From: Patescibacteria group bacterium
Lineage (GTDB): Bacteria; Patescibacteriota; Minisyncoccia; JACROR01
Assembly (NCBI GenBank): GCA_038065295.1
Contig: JBBTRG010000006.1
Coordinates: 1,596 to 55,479 of the forward strand
Direction of reading: 5' to 3'
DNA: 53,884 bases
Under the pieces are notes generated by a model. That model did not search any database. It had not been told where the DNA came from and worked only from the letters and a program-made list of their open reading frames with translations. The number at the start of each line of letters is the position of its first letter. Positions within the stretch are counted from its first letter, which is position 1. Shown one piece after another: positions 7,903-18,260 of this stretch. A program made the position numbers and the translations under genes.

Positions 7903-8946
7903 ATGAATTATATTTTTTTAGCGATTATTATAGTAGGGGCGGGAATTGTCGCGATGGCGGTCTTGTTTACTTATTTTTTCCGCCACAAAGACGGCAAAGA
8001 AAACCAGGCCCTCTTGATGCTACAAAACCAGCTAACTGAAATCACGCGGACGCTGGATACCAAGTTGGGGGAATCCACCAAAGCGATGCAGGGGCAATTC
8101 GGAGAATCCGCTAAAATCATACGCGATGTTACCGAACGGCTTGCCAAGTTTGAGGAAACCAACCGGCAGGTGGTTAATTTTGCGGAACAACTGCAATCGC
8201 TTCAAGATATTTTGCAAAATCCCAAACAGCGCGGCGTCTTGGGAGAATACTATTTGGAAACGGTTTTAAAAAATGTTTTGCCTCCCGGAAGATTTCAAAT
8301 GCAATACAAATTCGCGGACGGCGAAATAGTGGACGCGGTAATTTTTCTGGATCAAGGCAAGGTTTTGCCGATTGATTCCAAATTTTCTCTAGAAAATTAC
8401 AACCGCATATTGGGAGAACATGATAAAATTGAACGCGAACGACTGGAAAAAGTTTTTAAACAAGATTTGAAAAACCGCATTGACGAAACTTCAAAATATA
8501 TACGGCCAAAAGAGGGAACTATGGATTTTGCCTTTATGTTTATACCGTCCGAGGCGATATATTACGACTTGCTGATAAACCAGGTGGGCGCGGTCAAGAG
8601 CAACACTCGTGACCTTATAGAATACGCTTTCGGGCAAAAACACGTGATTATAGTGTCTCCGACATCATTTATGGCTTATTTACAGACGGTATTGCAGGGA
8701 CTGCGCGCTTTGAAAATTGAAGAATCCGCAAAAGAAATACGAAAAAGCGTGGAGGAGCTGGAAAGGCACTTGGGCAATTATGGACAATTTGTTATGCGAT
8801 TGGGTAATAATCTAGGTACAACCGTGAATACATTTAACGCCGCCCGTAGCGAATTCGCCAAAATAAATAAGGACTTTCTGCATATCACCGGAAAAGGCAT
8901 GGATAGTGAAATAAAACAACTGGACAAGCCGGAAGAATTAAGTTAA
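7903..8946 (+). CDS. rmuC: DNA recombination protein RmuC
   Basis: N-terminal TM and coiled coil; NPKQRGVLGE, PIDSKF, TMDFAFMFIPSE, IIVSPTSFMAYL. Confidence 0.92.
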   Translation: MNYIFLAIIIVGAGIVAMAVLFTYFFRHKDGKENQALLMLQNQLTEITRTLDTKLGESTKAMQGQFGESAKIIRDVTERLAKFEETNRQVVNFAEQLQSLQDILQNPKQRGVLGEYYLETVLKNVLPPGRFQMQYKFADGEIVDAVIFLDQGKVLPIDSKFSLENYNRILGEHDKIERERLEKVFKQDLKNRIDETSKYIRPKEGTMDFAFMFIPSEAIYYDLLINQVGAVKSNTRDLIEYAFGQKHVIIVSPTSFMAYLQTVLQGLRALKIEESAKEIRKSVEELERHLGNYGQFVMRLGNNLGTTVNTFNAARSEFAKINKDFLHITGKGMDSEIKQLDKPEELS

Positions 8947-8972
8947 TATATATTTCATTAACGCGATTGATT

Positions 8973-9347
8973 ATGGAAAAGAAAACCGGCAATAAAAAAA
9001 CGCCAACCGCGACAAAACCGGAAAAAACCGATAATTTTTTCGCTATTGTGGAAACCGGCGGCAAACAGTATCTAGTCCAGCCGGGAATGACGCTTAGAGT
9101 GGAAAAACTACCTCCGCCAATGAAAGGAGGGGAAATCAAATTTGATAAGGTATTGCTTATAAAAAATGAAAAGGGGGTACAGCTCGGCCATCCCTATATA
9201 AACAACGCCGCCGTTATGGTTACATGGCAAGGAAACGGTAGAAATAAAAAAGTTATGGTATTCAGATACCATTCCAAAACGAGATACAGAAAAAATAAAG
9301 GCCATAGGCAGACATTCACCAAAGTTTCCGTAAGAGGGCTAGAATAA
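8973..9347 (+). CDS. rplU: 50S ribosomal protein L21
   Basis: FAIVETGGKQYLV, GHP, KGHRQTFT. ATG at 8973 preferred over the TTG at 8967. Confidence 0.95.
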   Translation: MEKKTGNKKTPTATKPEKTDNFFAIVETGGKQYLVQPGMTLRVEKLPPPMKGGEIKFDKVLLIKNEKGVQLGHPYINNAAVMVTWQGNGRNKKVMVFRYHSKTRYRKNKGHRQTFTKVSVRGLE

Positions 9348-9348
9348 A

Positions 9349-10017
9349 TTACTTGCGATTTTTCAAAGCATTCTCCAAAGTAGATCGGTCGGAGAATTCC
9401 AAATATGATCCCGTAGATAACCCGCGCCCCAGGCGGGTTATCTTTATTTTCCCAGATTCGGTAAAATTTTCCAAAATTTTTTCTATGTAAGCCGCCACTG
9501 CGTCCCCTTCATTAGTTGCCGAAGTGGCGAGTATTACTTCTTTAATCGTCTTGGAATTTTTGATACGATTATGGAGCTCTTTGAGGCGCATTTTATCCGT
9601 ATCAGACTGGAAAGGAAGCGCGATTTCTCCCACAATGTGGAACAAGCCGCTGTAAACTCCCAATTTTTCTATATTTTCCAAATCCACATCGCGCTCCGCG
9701 ATTAAAAGGGCGGAGGATTCGGCGTGAGTCGCGCACGAAGCGCAAACAACACCCGCCTGTTCGGCAGGCAGGCCTACCTGTTCGGCAGGCAGGTCTGTCT
9801 GCCTGTTCGGCAGACGGGCTTTTTCTCCTTCAAACACACGAAAACATTCCGGACATCGTTTTGCCAACACCTTCATTTCTAAAAAAGCTCCGGCAAATTC
9901 TTCCAAAATTTCCGGCTTTTCATCCGCCAAAGCGTATACGAAACGGCGCGCCTGCCGCGGACCTATGCCGGGTAGCCGTTCAAACAGCAAAGACAGCTTC
10001 TGCAATACGCTATTCAT
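9349..10017 (-). CDS. recR: Recombination protein RecR with repeat-derived insertion in the zinc finger
   Basis: LPGIGPRQARR (HhH), CPEC...CASC, Toprim EVILATSATNEGD, TRLGRGL. Probable start MNSVLQ at 10017 overlaps the dnaB stop. Confidence 0.92.
   Translation of the reverse strand: MNSVLQKLSLLFERLPGIGPRQARRFVYALADEKPEILEEFAGAFLEMKVLAKRCPECFRVFEGEKARLPNRQTDLPAEQVGLPAEQAGVVCASCATHAESSALLIAERDVDLENIEKLGVYSGLFHIVGEIALPFQSDTDKMRLKELHNRIKNSKTIKEVILATSATNEGDAVAAYIEKILENFTESGKIKITRLGRGLSTGSYLEFSDRSTLENALKNRK
9751..9819. repeat. Three 21-nt palindromic units in frame in recR
   Basis: ACCCGCCTGTTCGGCAGGCAG / GCCTACCTGTTCGGCAGGCAG / gtct / GTCTGCCTGTTCGGCAGACGG; 69 nt = 23 aa (ARLPNRQTDLPAEQVGLPAEQAG). 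Confidence 0.9.
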
Positions 10018-11401
10018 AATTTCCGTTATTCTCCATATTGCTAAAACTCGCGATATCTTCATTAAAATACAAAGTGGTTTCGCCAGTCGGCCCGTTTCTA
10101 TGTTTAGCTATCTCAATATCCACCTGATTTTTCCTGTCAGTATTTTCCCGGTATTTATCTTCACGATACATGAGCATTACCACGTCGGCATCCTGCTCAA
10201 TGGATCCGGAATCTCGCAAATCGGAAAGCCTCGGCTTGGGAGGACTTCTTTGATCAACGGCGCGCGACAGCTGCGCCAGAGCCAAAATCGGTACATTTAA
10301 TTCTTTCGCCATAGCTTTAAGCGATCGGGATACCTCGGTTATGTGCGTCACCATATTGTCAATATAACCCCTCTGCGGCTGTATTAACTGCAAATAGTCA
10401 ACCACCACCAGTCCGAGATCGTGCTCCGCCTTGAGGCGTCTCGCCATAGCCCTCATCTGCAAAATAGTATTGGATCCTTCATCGTCAATAAAAATAGGAG
10501 CTTCGGAAAGCCGGCTTAAGGAGGCCTGAATCCGCGCGAGATCTTCTTCGTTAGCCGCCAACTTGCCACTTCTTAAATTGTGCATGTTAACGCGCGCTTC
10601 CGCCGATATCAACCTATCCACCAACTGTTCAATGGACATTTCCAAACTAAAAATTCCCACCGGTCGTTTTTCATTTATCGCGACATGGCGAGCGATGTCC
10701 AGTCCCAAAGAGGTTTTTCCAAAAGAAGGACGGGCCGCGATTATTAGCAAATCGGATTTTTGTAATCCGGAAAGCACATTATCCAGTCCGTGAAATCCGC
10801 TTTTAACCCCGCGCAATTCACCTTTGTGCGCGTACGCCTGTTCAATGCGATTCCACGCATCGCCCAAGGTTGATTTCACCGCCATAAAATTTTGGCGAAG
10901 TGACCGCTCTGAAATTTTGAATATTTTTTTCTCCGCGGTTTCCAAAAGGGCGCCCACATCCTCATCTTCTTTATAACCTAATTCCGAAATTTGTCCGGAA
11001 ACATCTATTAAATTGCGCAGCACCGCCTTTTTTCTGACTATTTCGGCGTAATGCGCAACATTGGAAGCGGTAGGCACGGCATTCACCAAAGAAGCAAGAT
11101 ATGTCGTGCCGCCGATCGCGTCCATTAAATTTCTTTCTTTGAGACGGGTGGAAACGGAAAGAAGATCAATCGGTTCGCGCTTGCTGAAAAGCTCGGTCAT
11201 GCTTTCGTAAATTTGGCGGTGAGTCGTATTATAAAAATCTTCGGCATCCAAAATATCCACCACCCTGATAATAGCTCTGCCGTCCAACATCAAAGATCCC
11301 AAAACCGACATTTCCGCCTCAAGATTTTGAGGCAATATGCGAAGAGAAATATTGGAAATACCGGAACGAGCTTCTTTGAAAGAGTTTTTCTTTAATGCCA
11401 T
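10010..11401 (-). CDS. dnaB: Replicative DNA helicase
   Basis: PQNLEAEMSVLG, Walker A AARPSFGKT, FSLEMS, VVDYLQL, LAQLSR, LRDSGSIEQDAD, IAKHRNGPTG. Confidence 0.97.
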   Translation of the reverse strand: MALKKNSFKEARSGISNISLRILPQNLEAEMSVLGSLMLDGRAIIRVVDILDAEDFYNTTHRQIYESMTELFSKREPIDLLSVSTRLKERNLMDAIGGTTYLASLVNAVPTASNVAHYAEIVRKKAVLRNLIDVSGQISELGYKEDEDVGALLETAEKKIFKISERSLRQNFMAVKSTLGDAWNRIEQAYAHKGELRGVKSGFHGLDNVLSGLQKSDLLIIAARPSFGKTSLGLDIARHVAINEKRPVGIFSLEMSIEQLVDRLISAEARVNMHNLRSGKLAANEEDLARIQASLSRLSEAPIFIDDEGSNTILQMRAMARRLKAEHDLGLVVVDYLQLIQPQRGYIDNMVTHITEVSRSLKAMAKELNVPILALAQLSRAVDQRSPPKPRLSDLRDSGSIEQDADVVMLMYREDKYRENTDRKNQVDIEIAKHRNGPTGETTLYFNEDIASFSNMENNGNYE

Positions 11402-11500
11402 GCTAACAATATAGCAAAGTTCGGGTAAGCCCTCAAGACGCTAATTCGCGCAAAGTCTTAATAAGATGTGAACTCGTTAAAATCTGAAAAAATCCTTATT

Positions 11501-12868
11501 TTAAGCCCTTTTAAGGCGCGGCCCCTCCATGGTATCCTCAACTATCCACCCTCTTTCAGCTAAATCACGTCTTAAAATATCAGTTTCTTCCCATTTTTTA
11601 TCCCGCCTTAGTTCTTCTCTCCGCTCTGCCAATCGTTTTATGTCTTCCGGAATTTCTTCTTCCTTAACTTTGTCCAAATCCAATCCCATCAATTTGTCCG
11701 CCCACAACAAATCTTCCAAGCTGACTGAACCTATATTGTCCCACAAAAGCGCCAAAGCTTTCGGAGTATTTAAATCGTCATTAATAGCTTCCAAAAATTG
11801 TTTCGTGAACCCGCTTTCATGTGATGAAACCGCCTCTAGATCTTTTCGCGCTTTCTCTCGCAATTTTAGTACGACATTATTCAAACGTTCACGAGCGGAT
11901 TTAGCCGCATTTAACGCGTCCAAACTGAATAAAAGGGGAGAGCGATAATGCGCGGTCATCACCAAATACCTGTAATCCAGCGGCTGAAAATTCTTGAATT
12001 CAAGCTCGCTTAAAGCAAGTAAATTGCCTTCAGATTTTCCCATTCGCTTGCCGCCGGCAATCAATAAATTCCCGTGTATCCAAAAATTCACAAATTTTTT
12101 CCCGGTAGCGGCTTCGGCTTGCGCTATTTCATTGGTGTGATGCACGGGGATGTGATCTATGCCGCCGCAATGAATATCAAAATGTTCGCCCAAGTGCTTC
12201 ATGCTCATCGCGGAACATTCTATGTGCCATCCTGGGAATCCTTTGCCCCAAGGAGACTCCCAGCCGATTGCGTTAAATTTCCACAAAGCGAAATCGCGCG
12301 GATTTTTCTTTTCCAAATTTTGCACTCTGCTTTGAATTTCGGCAGATTCCATCCGAGCCAACTTGCCGTAATCCGCAAAAAGCGCGGTATTAAAATAAAC
12401 GCCGTCGCTTATCGTATAAACAAACCCCTTTTCTTCCAGCCGCTTAATCAACGCGACCTCCTCTTTTATGTATTCGGAGGCGGCGCACCAAACATCCGGC
12501 ATTATAATATTTAATTTTGCCAGGTCTTTTTTAAAAACGGCGGCATAAAACTCCGCCACCTCTTTCATCGCCTCTAAAGTAAGCGGCTTGCCTTCGCGGC
12601 GGATCGCCTTGGCCATTTTATCCTCCCCCTCATCGGAATCCGAAGTAAGATGCCCGATATCGGTAATGTTCATGACATGCTTAACCTTGTAGCCGTTCAA
12701 TAAAAGGGCGCGCTTTAAAATATCTTCAAAAATATAAGTCCGTAAATTGCCCACATGCGCGTAATCGTACACCGTGGGACCGCAAGTATATAAACCGGCC
12801 TCTTGATCATGAATAGGCTCAAAAATCTCCTTTTCCCGACTTAATGAATTATATAATGTAAGCCGCAT
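11501..12868 (-). CDS. cysS: Cysteine--tRNA ligase
   Basis: [39 protein letters not shown] (KMSKS-like). Confidence 0.97.
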   Translation of the reverse strand: MRLTLYNSLSREKEIFEPIHDQEAGLYTCGPTVYDYAHVGNLRTYIFEDILKRALLLNGYKVKHVMNITDIGHLTSDSDEGEDKMAKAIRREGKPLTLEAMKEVAEFYAAVFKKDLAKLNIIMPDVWCAASEYIKEEVALIKRLEEKGFVYTISDGVYFNTALFADYGKLARMESAEIQSRVQNLEKKNPRDFALWKFNAIGWESPWGKGFPGWHIECSAMSMKHLGEHFDIHCGGIDHIPVHHTNEIAQAEAATGKKFVNFWIHGNLLIAGGKRMGKSEGNLLALSELEFKNFQPLDYRYLVMTAHYRSPLLFSLDALNAAKSARERLNNVVLKLREKARKDLEAVSSHESGFTKQFLEAINDDLNTPKALALLWDNIGSVSLEDLLWADKLMGLDLDKVKEEEIPEDIKRLAERREELRRDKKWEETDILRRDLAERGWIVEDTMEGPRLKRA

Positions 12869-12900
12869 ATTAACTTAAATTATAATATGGCTTCGCTTTC

Positions 12901-12929
12901 TGGACAAACCAAGGCGCTTTTGAGATAAT
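12901..12929 (+). promoter_or_regulatory. Putative sigma70 promoter of the S41 protease gene
   Basis: TGGACA-17 nt-GATAAT with TG extension. Confidence 0.5.
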
Positions 12930-12945
12930 AGGATAATCCATTCTT

Positions 12946-14226
12946 ATGAATAAGCCACTTTGGGATAGAATAAAATTCGCATTAAAAAAAGCTGGCATTG
13001 CGACGGCGGCTTTTATGGCGGTAGTCGGCATATTTTTGAGCGGCGCTTATTTCGGCTATTACAAACGTCCGGCCATAGACAAGGTACTCACCATTACCAA
13101 CAAAGAACCGTCCTTGTACGCATCCGGATCCAACCTGGATTTTGATCCGTTTTGGAAAGCGTGGAATTTGCTGGAAAATAAATATGTTGCCAATGACGGC
13201 ATAGACAAACAAGCGATGATCTGGGGCGCCATTGAAGGAATGACGAAATCATTAAACGATCCTTATACGGTGTTTTTCCCGCCCGCGGAAAAGGAAATCT
13301 TTGACAGCCAGATAAAGGGCGACTTTGAAGGCGTGGGCATGGAAATTGGAATAAGAAAAAATATTTTAACCGTGATCGCCCCGCTCAAAAATACTCCGGC
13401 TGACCGCGCCGGAATAAAAACCGGCGATAAAATAATAAAAATTGACGACAAAAGCACGGCTGACCTTGCCGTGGACGAAGCCGTGAAGCTTATCCGCGGA
13501 CAAAAAGGAACAACCGTGGTTTTGACCATACTAAGAGATGACGAAGAAAAAACGCGCGAAATCAGCGTCACGCGAGACCGCATAGAAATTCCGGTTATGG
13601 ACACGCAAAAAATAGAAGTAAAACAAGACGACAATAACCTTGCCGCCAAACCAAAAGGAATTTTTGTCATGCGCCTATACAGTTTCGGAGAAAATTCGGG
13701 AACCGCCTTTAGATCCGCCTTGCGCGAAATGGCCTTAAGCGGCGACCAAAAACTTATTCTGGACTTGCGCTCCAACCCGGGAGGATACCTGGAAATGGCG
13801 GTAGACATAGCAAGCTGGTTTTTACCGATGGGCAAAGTAGTTGCCAGAGAAAAATTCGGGAACGGCACGGAAACCTTGTACAGAAGCAGGGGATATGGCG
13901 CGTTAAATGAAATTCCCACGGTTATTCTCGTAAACGAGGGATCGGCTTCGGCATCGGAAATTCTGGCAGGCGCGCTTCAAGAATACGGCAAAGCAACCCT
14001 GGTAGGCGCTAAAACATTCGGTAAAGGATCGGTACAGGAATTAATGCCCGTAACCGACAACACCGCGCTTAAAGTCACTATAGCGCGCTGGCTGACGCCT
14101 AACGGCAAATCCATATCTGAAAAGGGACTAGAACCCGATGTTCCCGTGCAAATCAGCGAAGAAGATGGCGTGAATCATAAAGACCCGCAAATGGATAAAG
14201 CCGTAGAAATATTAAAAAATCTTTAA
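12946..14226 (+). CDS. ctpA: Carboxy-terminal processing protease (S41A, PDZ domain)
   Basis: N-terminal TM, LNDPYT, GVGMEI (PDZ), LDLRSNPGG, SASASEI, TFGKGSVQ, GLEPD. Confidence 0.93.
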   Translation: MNKPLWDRIKFALKKAGIATAAFMAVVGIFLSGAYFGYYKRPAIDKVLTITNKEPSLYASGSNLDFDPFWKAWNLLENKYVANDGIDKQAMIWGAIEGMTKSLNDPYTVFFPPAEKEIFDSQIKGDFEGVGMEIGIRKNILTVIAPLKNTPADRAGIKTGDKIIKIDDKSTADLAVDEAVKLIRGQKGTTVVLTILRDDEEKTREISVTRDRIEIPVMDTQKIEVKQDDNNLAAKPKGIFVMRLYSFGENSGTAFRSALREMALSGDQKLILDLRSNPGGYLEMAVDIASWFLPMGKVVAREKFGNGTETLYRSRGYGALNEIPTVILVNEGSASASEILAGALQEYGKATLVGAKTFGKGSVQELMPVTDNTALKVTIARWLTPNGKSISEKGLEPDVPVQISEEDGVNHKDPQMDKAVEILKNL

Positions 14227-14236
14227 ATAAATTTGT

Positions 14237-14683
14237 ATGAAAATTATTTTATCTAAGGATATTCCGGGCATAGGGCACAAGGGTGAAATTAAAAATGTGC
14301 ATGACGGCTATGCCCGCAATTTTTTACTGATCAAAAAATGGGCGGAACCCGCGACTCCCGAACTCATCAAGGCATCCGAGCTGGAACGTAAAGCCTCCGA
14401 AGCCGCAACAAAAAAAGAGCGGGAGAAAATAAAAGCGATACTGTCAAAGTTGGAAAACCTGGAAATCACGATAGAAGAAAAAGCGAGCGACAAAGGGCAC
14501 TTGTTCGCAGGGATTGACGCAAAGCGCGTTGCCGAAGCGCTATCAGAGCATCACATCAGCGGATTTTCAGCCAAAGATATCACGCTTGCCGCGCCTATCA
14601 AGGAAACGGGGGAGTACGATGTAAAAATCAAAAAAGACGGACAAGAAGCTGCCGTAAAATTAAACATTAAAACGAAAGAATAA
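14237..14683 (+). CDS. rplI: 50S ribosomal protein L9
   Basis: [42 protein letters not shown]. Confidence 0.96.
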   Translation: MKIILSKDIPGIGHKGEIKNVHDGYARNFLLIKKWAEPATPELIKASELERKASEAATKKEREKIKAILSKLENLEITIEEKASDKGHLFAGIDAKRVAEALSEHHISGFSAKDITLAAPIKETGEYDVKIKKDGQEAAVKLNIKTKE

Positions 14684-14962
14684 CTACGCCGCTATAACAT
14701 CGACAACCTTGGCTTTTCGTTTAGATCCGTCAAAGCAAAATTTTGTGGTATTGCGGAATTTAACAATCCCCTCGGCAACGGAATAAAGAGTATGATCTTT
14801 GCCACAGCGGACATTTTTACCGGCAAGTATAACGGTGCCGCGCTGGCGGACTATAATGGATCCAGCACGCGCGTGCCGTCCGTCAGATAATTTGATTCCC
14901 AGATATTTTGGCTGTGAATCGGTAAGATTGCTTGTTGATCCGCCTGATTTTGTATGCGCCAT
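14684..14962 (-). CDS. rpmA: 50S ribosomal protein L27
   Basis: [31 protein letters not shown]. Confidence 0.97.
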   Translation of the reverse strand: MAHTKSGGSTSNLTDSQPKYLGIKLSDGRHARAGSIIVRQRGTVILAGKNVRCGKDHTLYSVAEGIVKFRNTTKFCFDGSKRKAKVVDVIAA

Positions 14963-15004
14963 ACTATGCTTAAATATTTATGTCTATAATATACGATAAA
15001 TTAT

Positions 15005-15388
15005 ATGTTAGCAGAAAGAATTAATAAGTTCAAGTCCGTATTGGCAGAGCATAAAAACGACCTGTTCACGGCCGCGGCCATTATTTTAATAGCGATCATA
15101 GGTTTCGGCCTGGGGCGATTGTCTGCCATTTATGAGCGAAAAACGCCTATTACCGTGGAATATCTGGATAAAACCGATGTAACGAACGCCGCGACCGCAC
15201 AAAACGGAAACGACAAAACAAATCATGCCACAGACAGCGCGGGTATAGTAGCGAGCAAAAACGGCAGCAAATATTATATGACGGATTGTCCGGCCGCTTC
15301 CCGCATAAAAGCGGAAAACCGAATACAATTTAATTCAACCAAAGAAGCGGAAGAAGCCGGTTATACCGCCTCCGTAATGTGCGAGTAA
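15005..15388 (+). CDS. Membrane-anchored protein with C-terminal Ada metal-binding-like domain
   Basis: One TM (AAAIILIAIIGFGLG), then VASKNGSKYY...C...I..ENRI.F.S.KEAEEAGY...C. Confidence 0.7.
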   Translation: MLAERINKFKSVLAEHKNDLFTAAAIILIAIIGFGLGRLSAIYERKTPITVEYLDKTDVTNAATAQNGNDKTNHATDSAGIVASKNGSKYYMTDCPAASRIKAENRIQFNSTKEAEEAGYTASVMCE

Positions 15389-15397
15389 GACGGGCAA

Positions 15398-16566
15398 CTA
15401 TTCTGACTCCATTTTTATATTTTTGCGGGAAACAGTTAGCGTTTTAGTTTCTTTTTCGCCGTTTAACGCCTCTTCTTGAATTTTTTGACGTAATGCGGAG
15501 GATAGAGAGGCAACAACCTCTTCTAATTTTCTATCATCCACTTTCAGCGCGTCAGCCCATTTTCCAGCCGCCTCCAATAACGGGCGAACTTTTTCCACGT
15601 CATACATGACGTGTTTTTTAACCGTCCTGGTGATATAGCCATTATTCCCGAATACGCGCTCCACGCCATTTTGATTCAAATACGCGTGTATCGCGCCTTG
15701 AAGCGCTTTTATCCGCGCGTTATTCTCTTCGGACGCCTTTTTTAATTCCAAATATTCGTTAGCAACACTCTTTATTTCTTCTTCACCTAGCGCATCTTTT
15801 TTGTACAAATGCCGCCACATCGGGCACATTTCTTTGTAGCCGCACCAATCGCAAAGCGGCCCGGGCATGGCGGGGAAATCACCACTTTTTATCCGCTCTT
15901 CAATTTCATTTATAGTGGAAATTACGGATGCCCTGGTTTTCTCCAAAGAATCCGTATCGCGTTCGGTTGAAATTTTCTCATTGTGCTTTAAAAAATACAA
16001 ACTTAATTTTATATTCTTCGCTTCTAGATGAGGCCAACGGCGAATAAGCCCCAAGTGATATATAGACATCTGCAAATTATGATCCAAAATATTCTGCGAT
16101 GGCATTTTGCGCGCCGTTTTATAATCTATAATTTCATAAGTATGATCGTCCGTCTGGTCTATGCGGTCTATGATGCCCGCCAACACATGCTTTTCTCCGT
16201 TCTCCAAATCGGTTAATTCAACATCAAAACGGGACTCTAGATCCACTACATGAAAATTCCACGGCTGATTTTTAGCGTAAAATTTTTTAAGCAATTCCAG
16301 GCCATCTTTATAGTACGCCTCTTCTTCGCCGGTCTGCCACGCGATCTTGGTCTTTTTTTCTTGCCAGCGATTCACAAAAAATTCACCACCTCGTCTAAAG
16401 TTGGGTAAAGGGGGGTCTTTTCAAACATAAATTTGAGCGCCTCGTGCACAACAGTTCCAAAAACCGCCTCCTTATTTTTAGGAGCCTTAATTTTATCTAT
16501 ATTTTGATATTTATATTTAAGCGGACAGGTTTTATATGTATCTAACGCCGAATAGGAGGTGCGCAT
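15398..16566 (-). CDS. PD-(D/E)XK nuclease (AddB/RecB/Cas4-like, Fe-S staple), split into two frames at ~16375
   Basis: 5' ORF 16566-16372: SYSALDTYKTCP...FGTVVHEAL. 3' ORF 16375-15398: GIIDRID, IIDYKT, QMSIY, CDWCGYKEMC. One extra T in AAT-TTT-TTG would fuse them. Could be a frameshift, a pseudogene or an assembly error. Confidence 0.8.
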
Positions 16567-16675
16567 ATGCGTTTATTATAGGGAATAGGGGCTGGTTTGT
16601 ATATAAACAACGTCGCACAATATACATTTTACGACGTTAAGCTATCTATAGAGCACAAACTCAATTTATCCGATT

Positions 16676-16951
16676 TTATTCGGCGCCCGGAATGGCGCTT
16701 TGACCGGACTTTATCTTATCCATGGCGCCCAAAAAAGGTTTCCACAACAGATCTACCCACAACTGCCACGCGATTTTAACCGGATTATGAAGATAATTAT
16801 CCCACATCCAATTTGAAAAATTCCACGCAAAAGAGAAATTGTCTTTCACTATCTTGTTATTAACTACGTCAAACAACCGCACTCCCATAAGGCTTACTAT
16901 CACCAACAATAACACTAAAATTATCACAAATTGTATAAAGCCTTGATTCAT
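16676..16951 (-). CDS. Small membrane protein with pilin-like N-terminus (QG|FI + hydrophobic helix)
   Basis: MNQGFIQFVIILVLLLVIVSLMG; lacks Glu5. TGG-TATAAT lies 6 nt before the ATG. Confidence 0.65.
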   Translation of the reverse strand: MNQGFIQFVIILVLLLVIVSLMGVRLFDVVNNKIVKDNFSFAWNFSNWMWDNYLHNPVKIAWQLWVDLLWKPFLGAMDKIKSGQSAIPGAE

Positions 16952-16973
16952 ATTTATATTATACCACGAAGCT

Positions 16974-18254
16974 TTATAAATAGTCCAAAGGATTCAAATA
17001 ACCTCCGTAGGGCAACAACTTGCATCGTCCGGATGAGGACGGCCCAAAACGTATTTCGCCCGCTTTGCCTGCGGCATACACCGTAAAATGCAAATGCGGG
17101 CCTGTGGTATAACCAGTATTACCGCCATAGGCAATGAGTTGGCCACGGTTGACATGTTCCCCATCCGAAATTTTAATTAAAGACAGGTGGGCATAAAGCG
17201 TAGCTAGATTATTTGGATGCTCTATGACTATCCATTTGCCGTACGATCCTCCCGGACACGATAAATCCGAATTTCCAGTACGCAAAATTATACCTTCATC
17301 TGCCGCGTAAATCGGCGTTCCCACAGATGCCCGCAAATCAATGCCATTGTGCCCGCCGCCCTTATAGACATCCGAATTATATTGCGCGAACGCCGTGAGC
17401 CCAAAACCCTGTGTTATGTAAGGACTCGCCACCGGCCAAGCCAAAACTCCTTTACGCGCCACGGGCAATGCCGAAGGATCAATTAACTCACGCAATTCGT
17501 TTTCTATCGCGGATATTTCGTTTAAAATATCCACACGTTCTTTTTCCCGCGCGGTAAGAATTTTCTGATATTCCGCTTCTTTATTTTTAGTTTCTTTAAG
17601 CAAGGCATTCTTGTCATTGTACGCATTTTTCTGAATAACTTTACGGTCGGTCAACTCGCCTTGTAGATCCAAAAGATTTGCCTTTTCATTTTGCCGCTTT
17701 ATTTCAGCGCTTTGCAGATCCTCTTTAACCTGATGAAGCGTGGCTAAATTATTTCCCACGCTATCCTGCAAATCTTCCATATATTTCAATTCATTAAAAA
17801 AATCCGATAATTGATCGCGCGCCAAAAGTATTTCCACCAACGACTGCGATTCCGTTTCATAAACATTGCGAATGGCCTGTGCCAGCGCGCCACGATTGCT
17901 ATTTATTTTTTCCTCTTTATCGGCAATCTCCAAAAGCAATTTTTCTATCTCCAATTCCGCCTTGCCTATTTTACTTTGCGTATATTTGATATCGGCGTTT
18001 AATTTGGAAACGGTCGCGTTTATGGTAGAAATCTGATTTTTCAAGGTCTTGGTCTGGCTTTCCGTCGCATCAATCTTGGATCTATATTGTGCGATCTCTT
18101 CTTCCAGCGCTTTTATTTCCTGATTGCGCTGTTCTATTCTGCCTCTAAGATCATCCACCTGCGAAGCTCTCGCGTATCCGCCCATAAATAAAACTGCAAT
18201 AAAAAAAGCGGATATTATATAAACGATTACAAATTTACCGTATTTTCGCGACAT
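16974..18254 (-). CDS. M23 family peptidoglycan endopeptidase with long coiled coil (EnvC/CwlO-like architecture)
   Basis: N-terminal signal/TM, heptad coiled coil, HNGIDLRA, TLYAHLS, TGPHLHF, NPLDYL. Zinc ligands are intact. Confidence 0.9.
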   Translation of the reverse strand: MSRKYGKFVIVYIISAFFIAVLFMGGYARASQVDDLRGRIEQRNQEIKALEEEIAQYRSKIDATESQTKTLKNQISTINATVSKLNADIKYTQSKIGKAELEIEKLLLEIADKEEKINSNRGALAQAIRNVYETESQSLVEILLARDQLSDFFNELKYMEDLQDSVGNNLATLHQVKEDLQSAEIKRQNEKANLLDLQGELTDRKVIQKNAYNDKNALLKETKNKEAEYQKILTAREKERVDILNEISAIENELRELIDPSALPVARKGVLAWPVASPYITQGFGLTAFAQYNSDVYKGGGHNGIDLRASVGTPIYAADEGIILRTGNSDLSCPGGSYGKWIVIEHPNNLATLYAHLSLIKISDGEHVNRGQLIAYGGNTGYTTGPHLHFTVYAAGKAGEIRFGPSSSGRCKLLPYGGYLNPLDYL

Positions 18255-18260
18255 AATACA

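Noticed and set aside
10018-10062. N-terminal extensions of recR, proS (37135-37209) and mraZ (29415-29447) in the ORF track
   Set aside because: They run into upstream genes or regulatory repeats; family-typical starts lie downstream.
15398-16566. Cas4 of a CRISPR-Cas system
   Set aside because: No cas1/cas2 or array in the window. A stand-alone AddB/RecB-like nuclease is the simpler reading.
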